The notes beneath the pieces were generated by a model that worked only from the letters and a program-made list of their open reading frames with translations, made no database searches and was not told where the DNA came from. From Spirochaetia bacterium (GTDB taxonomy: Bacteria; Spirochaetota; Spirochaetia; DSM-27196; Salinispiraceae), in assembly GCA_038204425.1 (NCBI GenBank), contig JBBRCZ010000003.1:96001-160000 (forward strand): a stretch of 64,000 nt of DNA, given 5' to 3'. Below are positions 36,968 to 47,667 of the stretch, one piece after another (position 1 is the stretch's first letter; each line of letters begins with the position of its first letter). The translations under genes were made by a program, and so were the position numbers.

Positions 36968-39841
36968 ATGGCAGGAGAACAGGATAAAGAGGCGAAAAAA
37001 AAGACGACCTTGATCAAGCATCGCAAAGAAGATGGCGCACCAGCGCTTCCCGCTGGAGAAGTCGAACACAGTTCTGAGGGTCGGATTAAAGTTGTCAAAA
37101 AAAAGATGGTCGTCAAAGTCAGGAATCCAGCTGATCAAAAAGCAGGTGATCTTGATTCCGCCTCCGGCGATGCCACAACTCGGGCTGCGTCCACAGATGG
37201 GAAAGCTAGTCAGTCGGAACATATTCAAAAAGTCGGAAAACCTGTACCAGCCAGAAGCTCAAGACCGCAAGAATCTTCTGAGGTTGGCTCTGGTGATCCC
37301 AATGACAAGTCAAGGGACTACTCAAGTAAACAAGGTGTAGTAGGCGGACGCTACGTAGGGCCAGCTCGCCAGTACGCGCAGGCTCCCAGACCGGATGCTG
37401 ATCGTTCCAATGAACGAAAACCAGCTCCAGAAGCCGGTGCTGAACGCAGCTTTGAGAAACCGGCTGCTAGTCGGGACGGTCCTGAACAGCCAGCTATCGC
37501 AACACCGCCGGCAGATAAACCAGTGCGACCAGCCTATGACCGAAGTCCTTATCAGACACCAGGTTTTCAACCAAGCGGCTACCAGGGTCAAAATCCTAAT
37601 CCAAATTACCGCGGACAGGGTTCCGGCTATCAAGGTCAGAATCCAAATCCAAATTATCAGGGACAAGGCGGCTACCGACCGGGTCCAGGTGCTCCACGTG
37701 GTCCAGGCGGCCCTAGTGGCCCAGGTGGACCAGGCGGTGACAATCGTGGTCCTAGGCCAGGTTATGCTCCAAGAACAGGCGGTCCCGGTGGCCCAGGTGG
37801 ACCAAACCGAGGTGGCCCTGGCGGTAGGCCAGGATATGGTCCAAGACCAGGTGGTAGCAGCGGCGGCTTTGGGCAACGACCAGGACCGGCACAGTCAACA
37901 CCAATAGAAGCAGGAAAAGTAAGCAGCAAGAAGTTTGTTAAGGCCAAAAAGCCTGCTACGTACAACAAACGTGACCGAACGCAAGAAAAAGAGCTGCAGT
38001 TTAAACAAAAGAAAAACCAAGTTAAGACCAACCCAATTCCAAAGTCTATCGACATCATGGAAGTTGTAACGGTTGCTGAACTTGCAAGAAAAATGAATCT
38101 CAAGGCTTCCGACCTCATTTCCAAGCTTTTTGGCATGGGTATGATGGTTACCATCAATCAACAAATTGACGCCGAAACTGCCACCATCCTAGCTGGCGAG
38201 TACGACTGTCACGTAAATATAGTTTCACTGTATGACGAGACTTTGATTGAAGCAGAGAGTGGGGTTGAAGAAGATGTTGTTCTAAGGCCGCCCGTAGTTA
38301 CCATTATGGGTCACGTTGACCATGGTAAAACTAAATTGCTCGATGCTATTCGATCGGCAGACGTCGCAGCGGGCGAGTCTGGTGGTATAACCCAACATAT
38401 TGGTGCCTATCAAGTTGCCACTGCCAATGGGAAAATTACCTTCATAGATACACCTGGACACGAGGCCTTTACAGCCATGAGAGCGCGTGGTGCTCAAGTA
38501 ACTGACCTAGTAATTCTGGTTGTTGCAGCCAATGACGGCGTAATGCCGCAAACTGTTGAAGCCATTCAGCACGCACAAGAGGGCAAGGTTCCTATTATTG
38601 TGGCAGTTAACAAGGTTGATTTGCCCGACGCCAATATGGACCGCGTTAAGCAGCAGTTGTCAGAATACGGCATTTTGGCCGATGACTGGGGTGGACACCA
38701 TTCGTTCTTCCCAATATCTGCACTCAAAAAAATTGGGCTTCAAGAGCTGCTCGATGGCATTTTATTGCAAGCTGAAGTTATGGAGCTTAAGACCAACTCT
38801 AAATGCCGTGCAGAAGGTCGCATAGTAGAGTCTCGCATTGATCAAGGTCGTGGTATAGTTGCTACAGCCTTGGTTCAACGCGGTGAGTTGAGAATTGGCG
38901 ACAGTTTTGTGGCCGGTATTTATCCCGGTAAAGTGCGGGCAATGTTTAATGACAAAGGTGAGCGCATTGAAGTAGCGGGTCCTGCAACACCAGTAGAAGT
39001 ACTGGGTTTCACTGGGATTCCAGAAGCTGGTGATCCATTCCAGGTTACTGAAAGCGATAAGTATGCTCGGGAAATTGGCGAAAAACGACAAGAACTCAAA
39101 AAGGTTGAAATAGCGAAGAATGTTAAGCGTATAACACTCGACAATCTCTACGATTCTATTAAATTGGGCGAAGTCAAAGAACTTAAAGTTGTTATCAAAG
39201 GCGACGTGCACGGCTCTGTGGAAGCTATCAAGACATCATTAGAAAAGCTATCTACGCGTGAAATAGGTCTGTCGGTTATTACCGCCGCTGCCGGAGCTAT
39301 CAATGAAAGCGATGTCATGTTGGCGGCCGCATCCAACGCCATCATAATTGGTTTTCATGTGCGCCCATCGGTTAAAGCCCAAGTTTTGGCTGATCAAGAA
39401 AAAGTTGAAATTCGCAAATACAGCATCATTTATGACGTTGTTGAGGATATCAAGACCGCAATGGAAGGTCTTTTGGCACCAGAGTTCAAAGAAGAACAAT
39501 TGGCTACCGTTGAGGTACGCGAAGTATTTAAGGTGCCCAAGCTCGGAACAATCGCAGGTTCCTACATTACTAAAGGTAGCGTAAAACGTAATGCGATGGT
39601 TCATTTGGTTCGCGAAGGTATAGAGATATACACAGGAAAGATTGTAAGTTTGCGACGCTTTAAGGAAGATGTAAAGCAAGCAGAGGCAGGATTTGAATGT
39701 GGTATTGGTCTTGAGGGCTTTTCTGAAATTATGGTCGGTGACCAACTGGAAGTTTTTGAAATGAAAGAAATTGCCAGAAAATTGGGACAAACACTAATAG
39801 AAGAAGCTGCTGAAGTAGCCAAGAAAAAAGACAAGGCCTAG
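36968..39841 (+). CDS. infB: Translation initiation factor IF-2
   Basis: [37 protein letters not shown]. Confidence 0.98.
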   Translation: MAGEQDKEAKKKTTLIKHRKEDGAPALPAGEVEHSSEGRIKVVKKKMVVKVRNPADQKAGDLDSASGDATTRAASTDGKASQSEHIQKVGKPVPARSSRPQESSEVGSGDPNDKSRDYSSKQGVVGGRYVGPARQYAQAPRPDADRSNERKPAPEAGAERSFEKPAASRDGPEQPAIATPPADKPVRPAYDRSPYQTPGFQPSGYQGQNPNPNYRGQGSGYQGQNPNPNYQGQGGYRPGPGAPRGPGGPSGPGGPGGDNRGPRPGYAPRTGGPGGPGGPNRGGPGGRPGYGPRPGGSSGGFGQRPGPAQSTPIEAGKVSSKKFVKAKKPATYNKRDRTQEKELQFKQKKNQVKTNPIPKSIDIMEVVTVAELARKMNLKASDLISKLFGMGMMVTINQQIDAETATILAGEYDCHVNIVSLYDETLIEAESGVEEDVVLRPPVVTIMGHVDHGKTKLLDAIRSADVAAGESGGITQHIGAYQVATANGKITFIDTPGHEAFTAMRARGAQVTDLVILVVAANDGVMPQTVEAIQHAQEGKVPIIVAVNKVDLPDANMDRVKQQLSEYGILADDWGGHHSFFPISALKKIGLQELLDGILLQAEVMELKTNSKCRAEGRIVESRIDQGRGIVATALVQRGELRIGDSFVAGIYPGKVRAMFNDKGERIEVAGPATPVEVLGFTGIPEAGDPFQVTESDKYAREIGEKRQELKKVEIAKNVKRITLDNLYDSIKLGEVKELKVVIKGDVHGSVEAIKTSLEKLSTREIGLSVITAAAGAINESDVMLAAASNAIIIGFHVRPSVKAQVLADQEKVEIRKYSIIYDVVEDIKTAMEGLLAPEFKEEQLATVEVREVFKVPKLGTIAGSYITKGSVKRNAMVHLVREGIEIYTGKIVSLRRFKEDVKQAEAGFECGIGLEGFSEIMVGDQLEVFEMKEIARKLGQTLIEEAAEVAKKKDKA
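37577..37669 (+). repeat. 48-bp in-frame tandem duplication in the infB N-terminal region
   Basis: [11 protein letters not shown](R/Q)GQG occurs twice, starting at 37577 and 37625. Confidence 0.85.
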
Positions 39842-39844
39842 ATT

Positions 39845-40234
39845 ATGGCCATGCATAGGCAGACACGGGTTGAGCATTTATTGTCTCAACTGCTTGGCAG
39901 CATGATTGTCAGCGGAGAAATCAAAGATCCTCGTGTGAGTACTTTGGTTTCGATTGGTGATATTAGTGTGGCAAAAGATTTGTCGCACGCCAAAATAGGT
40001 GTCTCGGGTTACATGGATGACAAAGAACTTGAATTGGCTGTGGAAGGACTCAATTCCGCAGCTGGTTTTATTCAATCGAGACTTGCTAAGAGCCTGCAGA
40101 CACGGTTGACACCACGATTGCATTTTGAAGTCAACCGCAATATCAAGGCCGCCTTTGAAATGTCTAAAACACTGGATAGTCTAAATATTAAACATGAAAC
40201 AAGCGATGACAACGGCGGGGATAGCGATACTTGA
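39845..40234 (+). CDS. rbfA: Ribosome-binding factor A
   Basis: IKDPRV, DLSHAK, LNSAAGFI, RLTPRLHF. Confidence 0.95.
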   Translation: MAMHRQTRVEHLLSQLLGSMIVSGEIKDPRVSTLVSIGDISVAKDLSHAKIGVSGYMDDKELELAVEGLNSAAGFIQSRLAKSLQTRLTPRLHFEVNRNIKAAFEMSKTLDSLNIKHETSDDNGGDSDT

Positions 40235-41096
40235 TAAACCGGAAGGACTTACCTCCTTTCGGGCCTTAGGTGCGCTCAAAAGAAACTTATCAACCAAAAA
40301 AATCGGTCATTGTGGCACTTTGGATTTGTTTGCCAGCGGGCTGCTGCTTGCTTTTGTCGAAGAAGCTACTCGCTTAGTGCCCTGGTTTGTTGGTAAAGAC
40401 AAGAGCTACACTGCTCAGATATGGTTTGGTTCGCAGACAGACACCTTGGACCCTGGCGGCAAGCAAATTGCCAGCGCTGACGTGCCGTCACTCGAGCAAA
40501 TTCTGTCCGTTTTACCAAGTTTTGTAGGAAATATTGCCCAAGTGCCGCCAGCCTATTCGGCAATACACATTGATGGAAAGCGCGCCTACCAGCGCGTGCT
40601 TGCAGGGGAAGAACCGGCACTCAGACCACGTAACATAACTATTCACTCGATAGACTTTCTCAAATGGCAGTCGCCAGTAATGACCATTCAAGTGGCTTGT
40701 TCGTCCGGAACATACATACGTTCATTGGCACGTGACATCGCTTTAGCCTGCTCCTCGGTGGCACACCTGTCAGGTTTGAGGCGAACCCAACTTGGTTCAC
40801 TAAAGGAGTCCGACTCGCGGGTTTGCAGTCCAGATCAATGCGGTATCAATGAAGTTATATCGGGCAGGCGCGTACTTGATTTGATAGGCGAGGTGCAGTG
40901 TCTCGAGCTGCGAGAACAATTTGAAGCCGACTTTAAGCAGGGCAGAGCCATAAAAGAGACATGGTTTAGCTCGCTTGACCTTCCTATTGAATCCCAGACG
41001 GCTATGGTTGCCTGCCAAGATCGCATTGTAGGCGTCGTAACGCTGGTTAGACAGCAAGCTATACGCTACCAACAGGTTTTCCCTCGCGGAATATGA
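40194..41096 (+). CDS. truB: tRNA pseudouridine(55) synthase TruB
   Basis: DKPEGLTS, GHCGTLD, Q.PPAYSA, CSSGTYIRSLARD. Start may be 40206. Confidence 0.95.
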   Translation: MKQAMTTAGIAILDKPEGLTSFRALGALKRNLSTKKIGHCGTLDLFASGLLLAFVEEATRLVPWFVGKDKSYTAQIWFGSQTDTLDPGGKQIASADVPSLEQILSVLPSFVGNIAQVPPAYSAIHIDGKRAYQRVLAGEEPALRPRNITIHSIDFLKWQSPVMTIQVACSSGTYIRSLARDIALACSSVAHLSGLRRTQLGSLKESDSRVCSPDQCGINEVISGRRVLDLIGEVQCLELREQFEADFKQGRAIKETWFSSLDLPIESQTAMVACQDRIVGVVTLVRQQAIRYQQVFPRGI

Positions 41097-41099
41097 TAC

Positions 41100-41128
41100 T
41101 TGACATGGGTCGTTTATACCACGATAAT
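41100..41128 (+). promoter_or_regulatory. rpsO-pnp promoter
   Basis: TTGACA-17 bp-GATAAT. Confidence 0.75.
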
Positions 41129-41161
41129 GTCGCCATTATATTGTAGTCCAAGAACATAATT

Positions 41162-41280
41162 GTGACCTATAGCAAACGGAAAGCAGATAATTTTTTGCCG
41201 ATGATCGCAGCATTCTTTTGGGTGGCGCAGATCAGATAATCAAATTGTTACAGCATGCGCATACAAATTGCATAAGTCAC
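41162..41280 (+). promoter_or_regulatory. Structured rpsO 5' leader (candidate S15 autoregulatory RNA)
   Basis: Closing stem GTGAC-CTAT-AGCAA/TTGC-ATA-AGTCAC encloses three hairpins and ends just before the RBS. Confidence 0.55.
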
Positions 41281-41296
41281 CAAGAAGGAGCTGGAG

Positions 41297-41566
41297 ATGT
41301 CCATTACCAAAGAAAAAACTCAAGAGTTGATCACCACGTTTGGCGTTGGTGAAAAAGATACTGGTCGTACTGAAGTACAGATTGCTATCATTACAGAAAG
41401 AATTAGTAAGTTGACCGAACACTTAAAGTCTTTTGCCAAGGATCATAGTTCACGGCGAGGTTTGCTCAAGTTAGTTGGGCAACGTCGCCGACTCTTGAAG
41501 TACCTCAAGCGAGAAAAACTCGAAACCTACCGAGAACTGATTGCCAAACTTAACCTGCGCAAGTAG
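41297..41566 (+). CDS. rpsO: 30S ribosomal protein S15
   Basis: [30 protein letters not shown]. Confidence 0.99.
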   Translation: MSITKEKTQELITTFGVGEKDTGRTEVQIAIITERISKLTEHLKSFAKDHSSRRGLLKLVGQRRRLLKYLKREKLETYRELIAKLNLRK

Positions 41567-41596
41567 TTTCCGCAAGCACTAAGACAAGGAGACTAT

Positions 41597-43681
41597 ATGC
41601 ACAAACTTTCTATTAAGATTGGCGAAAGCGAACTAAGCTTCGAAACAGGGCGCATGGCCAAACAGGCAAATGGTTCGATATTTGCTCAGTACGGTGGCAC
41701 TTCGGTGCTGGCTACAGTATGTTGTGGTACAAAAACCGTTGACAACCTCGACTACGTACCACTTTCGGTTGAGTACAACGAGAAATACTACGCTGCCGGA
41801 AAAATTCCAGGCGGCTTCTTAAAACGAGAAGCTCGACCTAAGGACAAGGAAATCTTGGTTTGCCGTTTGATTGACCGACCTATGCGTCCGCTTTTTGAAA
41901 AAGACTTCAAGAGAGAACTGCAGATCGTACCAACGGTAGTTTCAACTGACCAGATTAATCCATCAGACGTAATAGGGATTGTGGCATCTAGCGCTGCTGT
42001 TCATATTTCGGATATTCCTTTTCATGGTCCGGTTGGTGCCGTTCGTATTTGCCAGGTTGATGGCAAATTAGTCATCAACCCAACATTTCAGCAGATCGCC
42101 AAGAGCAAGTTGGAAATTATTGTTGCCGGCACAGAACAAGGTATTACCATGGTAGAAGGTGGTGCCAAGCAAGTTAGTGAAGAACTTTTGCTTGAGGCCA
42201 TTGAGCTGGCTCGCAAGCCTATAATCGAACTTTGCAAGATTCAACATGAACTGAGAAAGTTGGCCGGTAAGGAGAAACTTCCTTTGGTTCCCAACACCAG
42301 AAAACTCTCATCCTATGATGAGATTTGGGCCTTTGCTCTTCCAAAGTTTGACAAGGCTTGTTTTGTTAAGGGCAAGCACGAACGAAGAACGGCTATTGAT
42401 GAGGTTAAGGCTTCTGTCAAAGAAACGTTTAGCGCCAAAATTGCAGAAGACGAACTAGATCTTTTGCCAGCCATCTATGAAGAACTAGAAACCCATGTTC
42501 TCAGACATTCAATAGTAGACAAAAAAATCCGTGTTGATGGTCGCGGACCTGAAGATATTCGTAAGGTTACCGTTGAAGTTGGCGTTTTGCCGCGCGTTCA
42601 CGGATCTGCGCTTTTTACTCGTGGCGAGACTCAAGCCTTGGCGGTAAGCACGCTCGGAACCGTTTTTGATGAGCAGATTATGGATGATATTGACGGCGAT
42701 AAGCGCGAAAATTTTATGCTTCACTACAATTTTCCACCCTACAGTGTTGGCGAGACAGGCCGATTGGGAACTGGACGTAGAGAAATTGGCCATGGTCATT
42801 TGGCGCATAGGGCTCTTAAAGCAGTTGTTCCAGAGAAGAGTGATTTTCCTTACACTATCAGAGTAGTTTCTGAAGTTCTGGAGTCCAACGGTTCATCATC
42901 GATGGCGTCAGTTTGCAGTGGAAGTTTGTCACTGCTTCAATCTGGAGTTCCGTTACTCAAGCCAGTTGCTGGTATAGCAATGGGTTTGGTCCAAGAAGGT
43001 GATAAAACTGTGGTTATCAGTGATATTTTAGGTGAAGAAGATCATTTGGGCGACATGGACTTTAAAGTGGCCGGAACCGAAGATGGCATTACGGCTTTTC
43101 AGATGGATATCAAACTTCAAAACGTTAGCGCAGAGGTTATGACTCAAGCCTTGCAACAAGCCAAACGCGGCCGTTTACACATCCTTGGCATCATGAATCA
43201 AGTGCTTGCAAAGCCAAACCAAGAAATATCTGAGTACGCCCCACGCATACTTACCTTTAAGGTTGATGTAGAAAAAATTGGCTTGATGATTGGCCCAGGT
43301 GGTAAAACCATCAAGGGTATCAGCGAACGCTACGGCGTGGAAACCAATATTGAGAATGATGGTAGTGTAACCGTCTACGGAAAAGAAAAAAGTGGCGCAG
43401 AAGGCGCCAAAGAAGCCTTTATACGATTGCTTGAAGAACCTCAAGTTGGAAAAGTTTATGAAGGAACTGTTAAACGTATCATGGATTTTGGCGCCTTTGT
43501 TGAGTTTTTGCCCAGCAAAGAAGGACTCTGTCATATCAGCAAAATGTCTGCACGTCGCATCAACAAAGTTGAGGAAGTCTTGACCCTCAACCAGGTAGTG
43601 CAAGTACGCATCATTGAAATTGACAAAATGGGCCGCGTTAACCTTAGCCTGATATTTGAGAACAACGAAATAACCCAGTAA
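41597..43681 (+). CDS. pnp: Polyribonucleotide nucleotidyltransferase
   Basis: GKIPGGF, RLIDRP, RREIGHG, SNGSSSMAS, DMDFKVAG, KH and S1 domains. Confidence 0.98.
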   Translation: MHKLSIKIGESELSFETGRMAKQANGSIFAQYGGTSVLATVCCGTKTVDNLDYVPLSVEYNEKYYAAGKIPGGFLKREARPKDKEILVCRLIDRPMRPLFEKDFKRELQIVPTVVSTDQINPSDVIGIVASSAAVHISDIPFHGPVGAVRICQVDGKLVINPTFQQIAKSKLEIIVAGTEQGITMVEGGAKQVSEELLLEAIELARKPIIELCKIQHELRKLAGKEKLPLVPNTRKLSSYDEIWAFALPKFDKACFVKGKHERRTAIDEVKASVKETFSAKIAEDELDLLPAIYEELETHVLRHSIVDKKIRVDGRGPEDIRKVTVEVGVLPRVHGSALFTRGETQALAVSTLGTVFDEQIMDDIDGDKRENFMLHYNFPPYSVGETGRLGTGRREIGHGHLAHRALKAVVPEKSDFPYTIRVVSEVLESNGSSSMASVCSGSLSLLQSGVPLLKPVAGIAMGLVQEGDKTVVISDILGEEDHLGDMDFKVAGTEDGITAFQMDIKLQNVSAEVMTQALQQAKRGRLHILGIMNQVLAKPNQEISEYAPRILTFKVDVEKIGLMIGPGGKTIKGISERYGVETNIENDGSVTVYGKEKSGAEGAKEAFIRLLEEPQVGKVYEGTVKRIMDFGAFVEFLPSKEGLCHISKMSARRINKVEEVLTLNQVVQVRIIEIDKMGRVNLSLIFENNEITQ

Positions 43682-44154
43682 TGGAAGAGGCCACCTATCC
43701 TGGCATCAAAGAAAGAAGCGTAGAGCTTGAGTGGGTGCGATTGCACCCACTTGCTTCTGTACCCACTTATCAAAGCGCTGGTGCGGCCGGTGCTGATGTT
43801 TGTGCGTGTGTAAGTCAAGCTCTTGTTATCGAGCCGCAGTCGACTGTGCTGGTTCCCTGCGGCTTTGCTGTTGCTGTGCCAGAAGGTTTTGAGCTTCAAA
43901 TACGCCCGCGATCTGGTTTGGCACTAAAGAACGGCATCCATGTCAGCAATTCTCCTGGTACCATTGATAGCGACTACCGTGGTGAAATTAAAGTTATTCT
44001 CTTCAATAGTTCTTCAAAGTCTTTTACAATTGAACCCGGCATGCGCATTGCACAAGCTGTTTTGTCTCCCGTTTACCGTGCTATATTTGTTGATAAGTAT
44101 GTGCTTTCGGTAACTGAACGAGGAAGGGGTGGCTTCGGCAGCACTGGTCTATGA
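43681..44154 (+). CDS. dut: dUTP diphosphatase
   Basis: AGAD, RPRSGLA, GTIDSDYRGE, RGRGGFGSTG. Confidence 0.97.
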   Translation: MEEATYPGIKERSVELEWVRLHPLASVPTYQSAGAAGADVCACVSQALVIEPQSTVLVPCGFAVAVPEGFELQIRPRSGLALKNGIHVSNSPGTIDSDYRGEIKVILFNSSSKSFTIEPGMRIAQAVLSPVYRAIFVDKYVLSVTERGRGGFGSTGL

Positions 44155-45461
44155 ACAAAAGTCTGATTGGCAGTTTAAAACATTCTATAGGTTCAACACT
44201 CTTTAGATATATTGCCAAGGAATACGTATTTTCTCTTATAGTGGCCTTTCTGTTCTTCTTCGCCATTTTTTTTATCAACCAACTACTGGTCATTGCCCAA
44301 CAAATTTTGTCAAAAAAAGTTGACCTTGGCAAGACCCTTTTACTCATAATCTATGCCATGCCAGCCATCATTGCCTTGGCCTTGCCATTTGCCTCCTTAG
44401 TCGCCTCCTTAATGACTATCGGGCGCTTCTCAAGCGACAATGAGACCGTAGCATTCCAAGCCTGCGGTATCAATCTGATGCAAGTTTTTATACCTATCCT
44501 ATTGGTTGCGCTGGCAGTCGCTGGATTTAGCTTTATTGCCAATGACTATTTTTTGCCACTTGGGACTCTAAACTATGTGAGGTTATACCAAGAACTTATA
44601 TATTCCAACTCCGAGCTCATTGTAGAACCTTATGGCATTACTCGCTTTAGCAATACAGGTATTGTCAGTAGTGACGTCTCGCAAGGAAAATTTGGACCAC
44701 TCTTGTTGATCGACAGCGACGAAGAGGGGAGAACCCGTGTCATCAGCTCCAAATCCGCCCAGTTACTAAAAAACGACACGCAACTGGGTGTTGTTTCACT
44801 TGACCTGAATGATGTTAGGATTCTATCGCTTTCTAAAAACAGAAGCGATTTTGATGAGAGTCAAGCCTCGGTAATTACTTACAATATTTTGCTCAAGAAT
44901 CTCACTTTTGATCTCAACAACCCCGGGCCGCGTGAAATGAGTTCTGCTGACTTGCTCACCAAAATTGGGGAACTGGAACTCAATCATCGCAAGTCCCTAA
45001 AAAAGAAGTCCTTGGACAAAGAGCTTGCTTTTCTTGAGCTAGAAGAAGACTATGGCCGAGCAGGGCAGAATCGAATTGATGCAGGTTCTGGCATTAATAT
45101 TTTTCTTAAACCATTCTTGGAAAGGCTTGGTGCTTTTTCAACTGCCTTTGACTTGTTGCCACGAGATCGTACGTTGCAACTGTATTGGATTGAATTCTGG
45201 AAGAAGTTCTCTATCCCATCGGCTTGCTTTACGCTTATTTTCTTTGGTTTCCCTGCTGGCATGTTTGCCCGTAGAAGTGGTAAATCTATTGGTTTTGGAA
45301 TTGGTTTTGTTATAGCGGTTGTTTTTTGGAGTATGTTGCTTGCTGGTCAGACGATTGGCATGGACAACATAAGTCTATCTCCATTTGTTTTGATGTGGGC
45401 GCCCAATCTTTTGTTCTTGGCTATTGGTGTTGTGCTGATGATTAAAAGGATAGTTAGATGA
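44151..45461 (+). CDS. LptF/LptG family permease
   Basis: RYI..E, three TM, DNE..A..ACG, periplasmic region, KKFSIP, three TM, WAPN. Confidence 0.88.
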   Translation: MNKSLIGSLKHSIGSTLFRYIAKEYVFSLIVAFLFFFAIFFINQLLVIAQQILSKKVDLGKTLLLIIYAMPAIIALALPFASLVASLMTIGRFSSDNETVAFQACGINLMQVFIPILLVALAVAGFSFIANDYFLPLGTLNYVRLYQELIYSNSELIVEPYGITRFSNTGIVSSDVSQGKFGPLLLIDSDEEGRTRVISSKSAQLLKNDTQLGVVSLDLNDVRILSLSKNRSDFDESQASVITYNILLKNLTFDLNNPGPREMSSADLLTKIGELELNHRKSLKKKSLDKELAFLELEEDYGRAGQNRIDAGSGINIFLKPFLERLGAFSTAFDLLPRDRTLQLYWIEFWKKFSIPSACFTLIFFGFPAGMFARRSGKSIGFGIGFVIAVVFWSMLLAGQTIGMDNISLSPFVLMWAPNLLFLAIGVVLMIKRIVR

Positions 45462-46540
45462 GTGTGCTCAATCGCTATTTGTTAAGATTGTTTTTTCCGC
45501 GCTTTATTTTTTCGGTATTGTTTTTTAGCATGATTATAGAACTGATGGACCTGTTTTTAAACCTGGCTCGCTACATGCAACTCAAGACAGACTTGTCGAC
45601 TATTCTTTACTTGGTGCTGCTGTATTTGCCTAAGTGTGTTTCGTTTAGTCTTCCGGTTAGTATGATTTTTGCCGTCTCATTCACGCTAGGCAGCTTATAC
45701 GCCAACAATGAACTAATCGCTATTTTTTCCTCCGGCATTTCTTTGATTAAACTTTGTGTTCCCATACTCATAGCGTCTTTGATCATCTCGATTGGTTCGT
45801 TCTTTTTTGAAGAGTATGTGGTAATTGACACGGTTAAGGCAAAAACAAACCTTACCAGAAGTCTCTTGGGTTTTAGTGATAGTGGAGGCAACCGTAACAT
45901 TATTCTCTACGACAACAATGGCAAAATTGTTTATCAGGTTGCTGTTTTTATGGAACAAGAAAGTAGCCTACGAGATGTACTTGTAGTGCAAAGAAATCAA
46001 GAGAGTTCCATAGAGTTGGTCATCAAAGCTTCAGAAGCTGAATGGCAAGAATCATTGTGGCTTTTTAAGAATGTTGATCTCTACTATCTTGACACTCAAA
46101 AAGTTGGCAGCGTTAGATATGAACAAAAAGCGGAGTTCAGTTCTGAGCAATTTACCTTGGAGCCGCGTTCTTTTAGACGAGTTACTACCAACGTTGATGA
46201 ACTCAGGATAGCTGACGCCCAACAGTTTCTAACTGATCTAGAACAAACTGGGCAGACCTACAAAAATGCATTGTTGGATTACTATGAACGGTTCTCATTT
46301 GCTTTGACTCCTTTTATTGTTGCATTTGTTTCTTCCGCTATTGGCAGTCGTTTTAGGAAGAACATCCTGCTAATGAGCCTGTTGATGTCATTGCTTTTGG
46401 CAGTTGTATATTATGTGCTGCAAATGGTAGCCGGATTGTTTGCGCGCACAAATCTTATTGACCCCGTTTTTGGAGCCTGGCTGGGGGCAATACTCTATGT
46501 TGCAGCCGGAATAGTGCTATTTAAAAAGGCAAGAACGTAA
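45458..46540 (+). CDS. LptF/LptG family permease
   Basis: LNRYL, NELIAI.SSG, RFSF, GAW. Tandem with its paralog. Confidence 0.88.
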   Translation: MSVLNRYLLRLFFPRFIFSVLFFSMIIELMDLFLNLARYMQLKTDLSTILYLVLLYLPKCVSFSLPVSMIFAVSFTLGSLYANNELIAIFSSGISLIKLCVPILIASLIISIGSFFFEEYVVIDTVKAKTNLTRSLLGFSDSGGNRNIILYDNNGKIVYQVAVFMEQESSLRDVLVVQRNQESSIELVIKASEAEWQESLWLFKNVDLYYLDTQKVGSVRYEQKAEFSSEQFTLEPRSFRRVTTNVDELRIADAQQFLTDLEQTGQTYKNALLDYYERFSFALTPFIVAFVSSAIGSRFRKNILLMSLLMSLLLAVVYYVLQMVAGLFARTNLIDPVFGAWLGAILYVAAGIVLFKKART

Positions 46541-46542
46541 CT

Positions 46543-47667
46543 ATGACAATTTTCGAGAGCTCCGCTAACAGTAGCGAATGTTTGGCTAGAACCGGTCAAT
46601 TAAAACTTGCCCATGGATCAGTTGACACCCCGGCATTTATGCCTGTAGGTACATCAGCTACGGTCAAGGCAGTTGAGTTAGATGCGTTAGACAAAATGGG
46701 CTACTCGCTTATCTTGTCCAACACCTATCATCTAATGTTGCGCCCAGGCAAGGAAACCATAGAAATGCACGGTGGCCTACACAAATTTATGCAATGGTCC
46801 GGTAATATTTTGACAGACTCAGGCGGATTTCAAGTTTTTTCTTTGGCGCCGTTTAGAAAAGTTAAAAAAGAAGGCGTCAAGTTTCAAAGCCACATTGATG
46901 GGTCTATGCATTTTCTTAGTCCCGAGCGTGCCGTAGAACTGCAGTGTTCTTTCAATTCTGATATTCAGATGGTTCTTGATGTGTGCACAGCCAAGGGTGT
47001 GACAGAAAAAAAGGCTCTCGAGGCAGTTTATATCACTAGTGACTGGGCAAGAAGAGCACATCAGACCTGGCTTGGGAAGGTTTCCCAAGGGTACCAAGGA
47101 GCGTTGTTTGGCATCGTTCAAGGAAATTTTTTCAAAGAATTGAGACAAAGAAGTGCAGAAGAAATTTGCGCCTTAGATTTTCCTGGTTTTGCTATTGGAG
47201 GGCTTTCAGTTGGTGAAACCTTTGAAGAGTTTTCTGATTTTTTGTCGTTTACTAGTCCACTATTGCCGGCCTCAAAACCGCGATATCTAATGGGCATAGG
47301 TACTCCGGAATATATACTGCAAGCAGTTGAGTACGGCATTGATATGTTCGACTGTGTTTTCCCCACCAGGATTGCAAGAAACGGTACGCTTTTTACAAAA
47401 AATGGTAGGCTGGTAATCAAAAATGAGCGCTACAAGAATGACTTGAGACCAGTGGAAGAGCAAGGCCCTCTTAGCAGATACTCCCGTTCGTATCTAAGGC
47501 ATTTGTTTAAGTCGCAAGAAATTTTGGGGCCCATCTTGGCTAGTCAGCACAATCTCTATTTTCTTAAGAACATGATGACTGAAATCAGACAAGCTATTGT
47601 GACTGACCGCTTTAAAAACTACAAAAAGAATTTCCTAAGCGCGTATCAAGAGGGGATAGCACCATGA
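46543..47667 (+). CDS. tgt: tRNA-guanine transglycosylase
   Basis: TPAFMPVGT, NTYHL, TDSGGFQVFSL, GGLSVGE, DMFDCVFPTR. Confidence 0.97.
   Translation: MTIFESSANSSECLARTGQLKLAHGSVDTPAFMPVGTSATVKAVELDALDKMGYSLILSNTYHLMLRPGKETIEMHGGLHKFMQWSGNILTDSGGFQVFSLAPFRKVKKEGVKFQSHIDGSMHFLSPERAVELQCSFNSDIQMVLDVCTAKGVTEKKALEAVYITSDWARRAHQTWLGKVSQGYQGALFGIVQGNFFKELRQRSAEEICALDFPGFAIGGLSVGETFEEFSDFLSFTSPLLPASKPRYLMGIGTPEYILQAVEYGIDMFDCVFPTRIARNGTLFTKNGRLVIKNERYKNDLRPVEEQGPLSRYSRSYLRHLFKSQEILGPILASQHNLYFLKNMMTEIRQAIVTDRFKNYKKNFLSAYQEGIAP

Noticed and set aside
37322..38157. Long alternative-frame and antisense ORFs within infB
   Set aside because: These are shadow ORFs produced by the GC-rich Gly/Pro low-complexity coding region.
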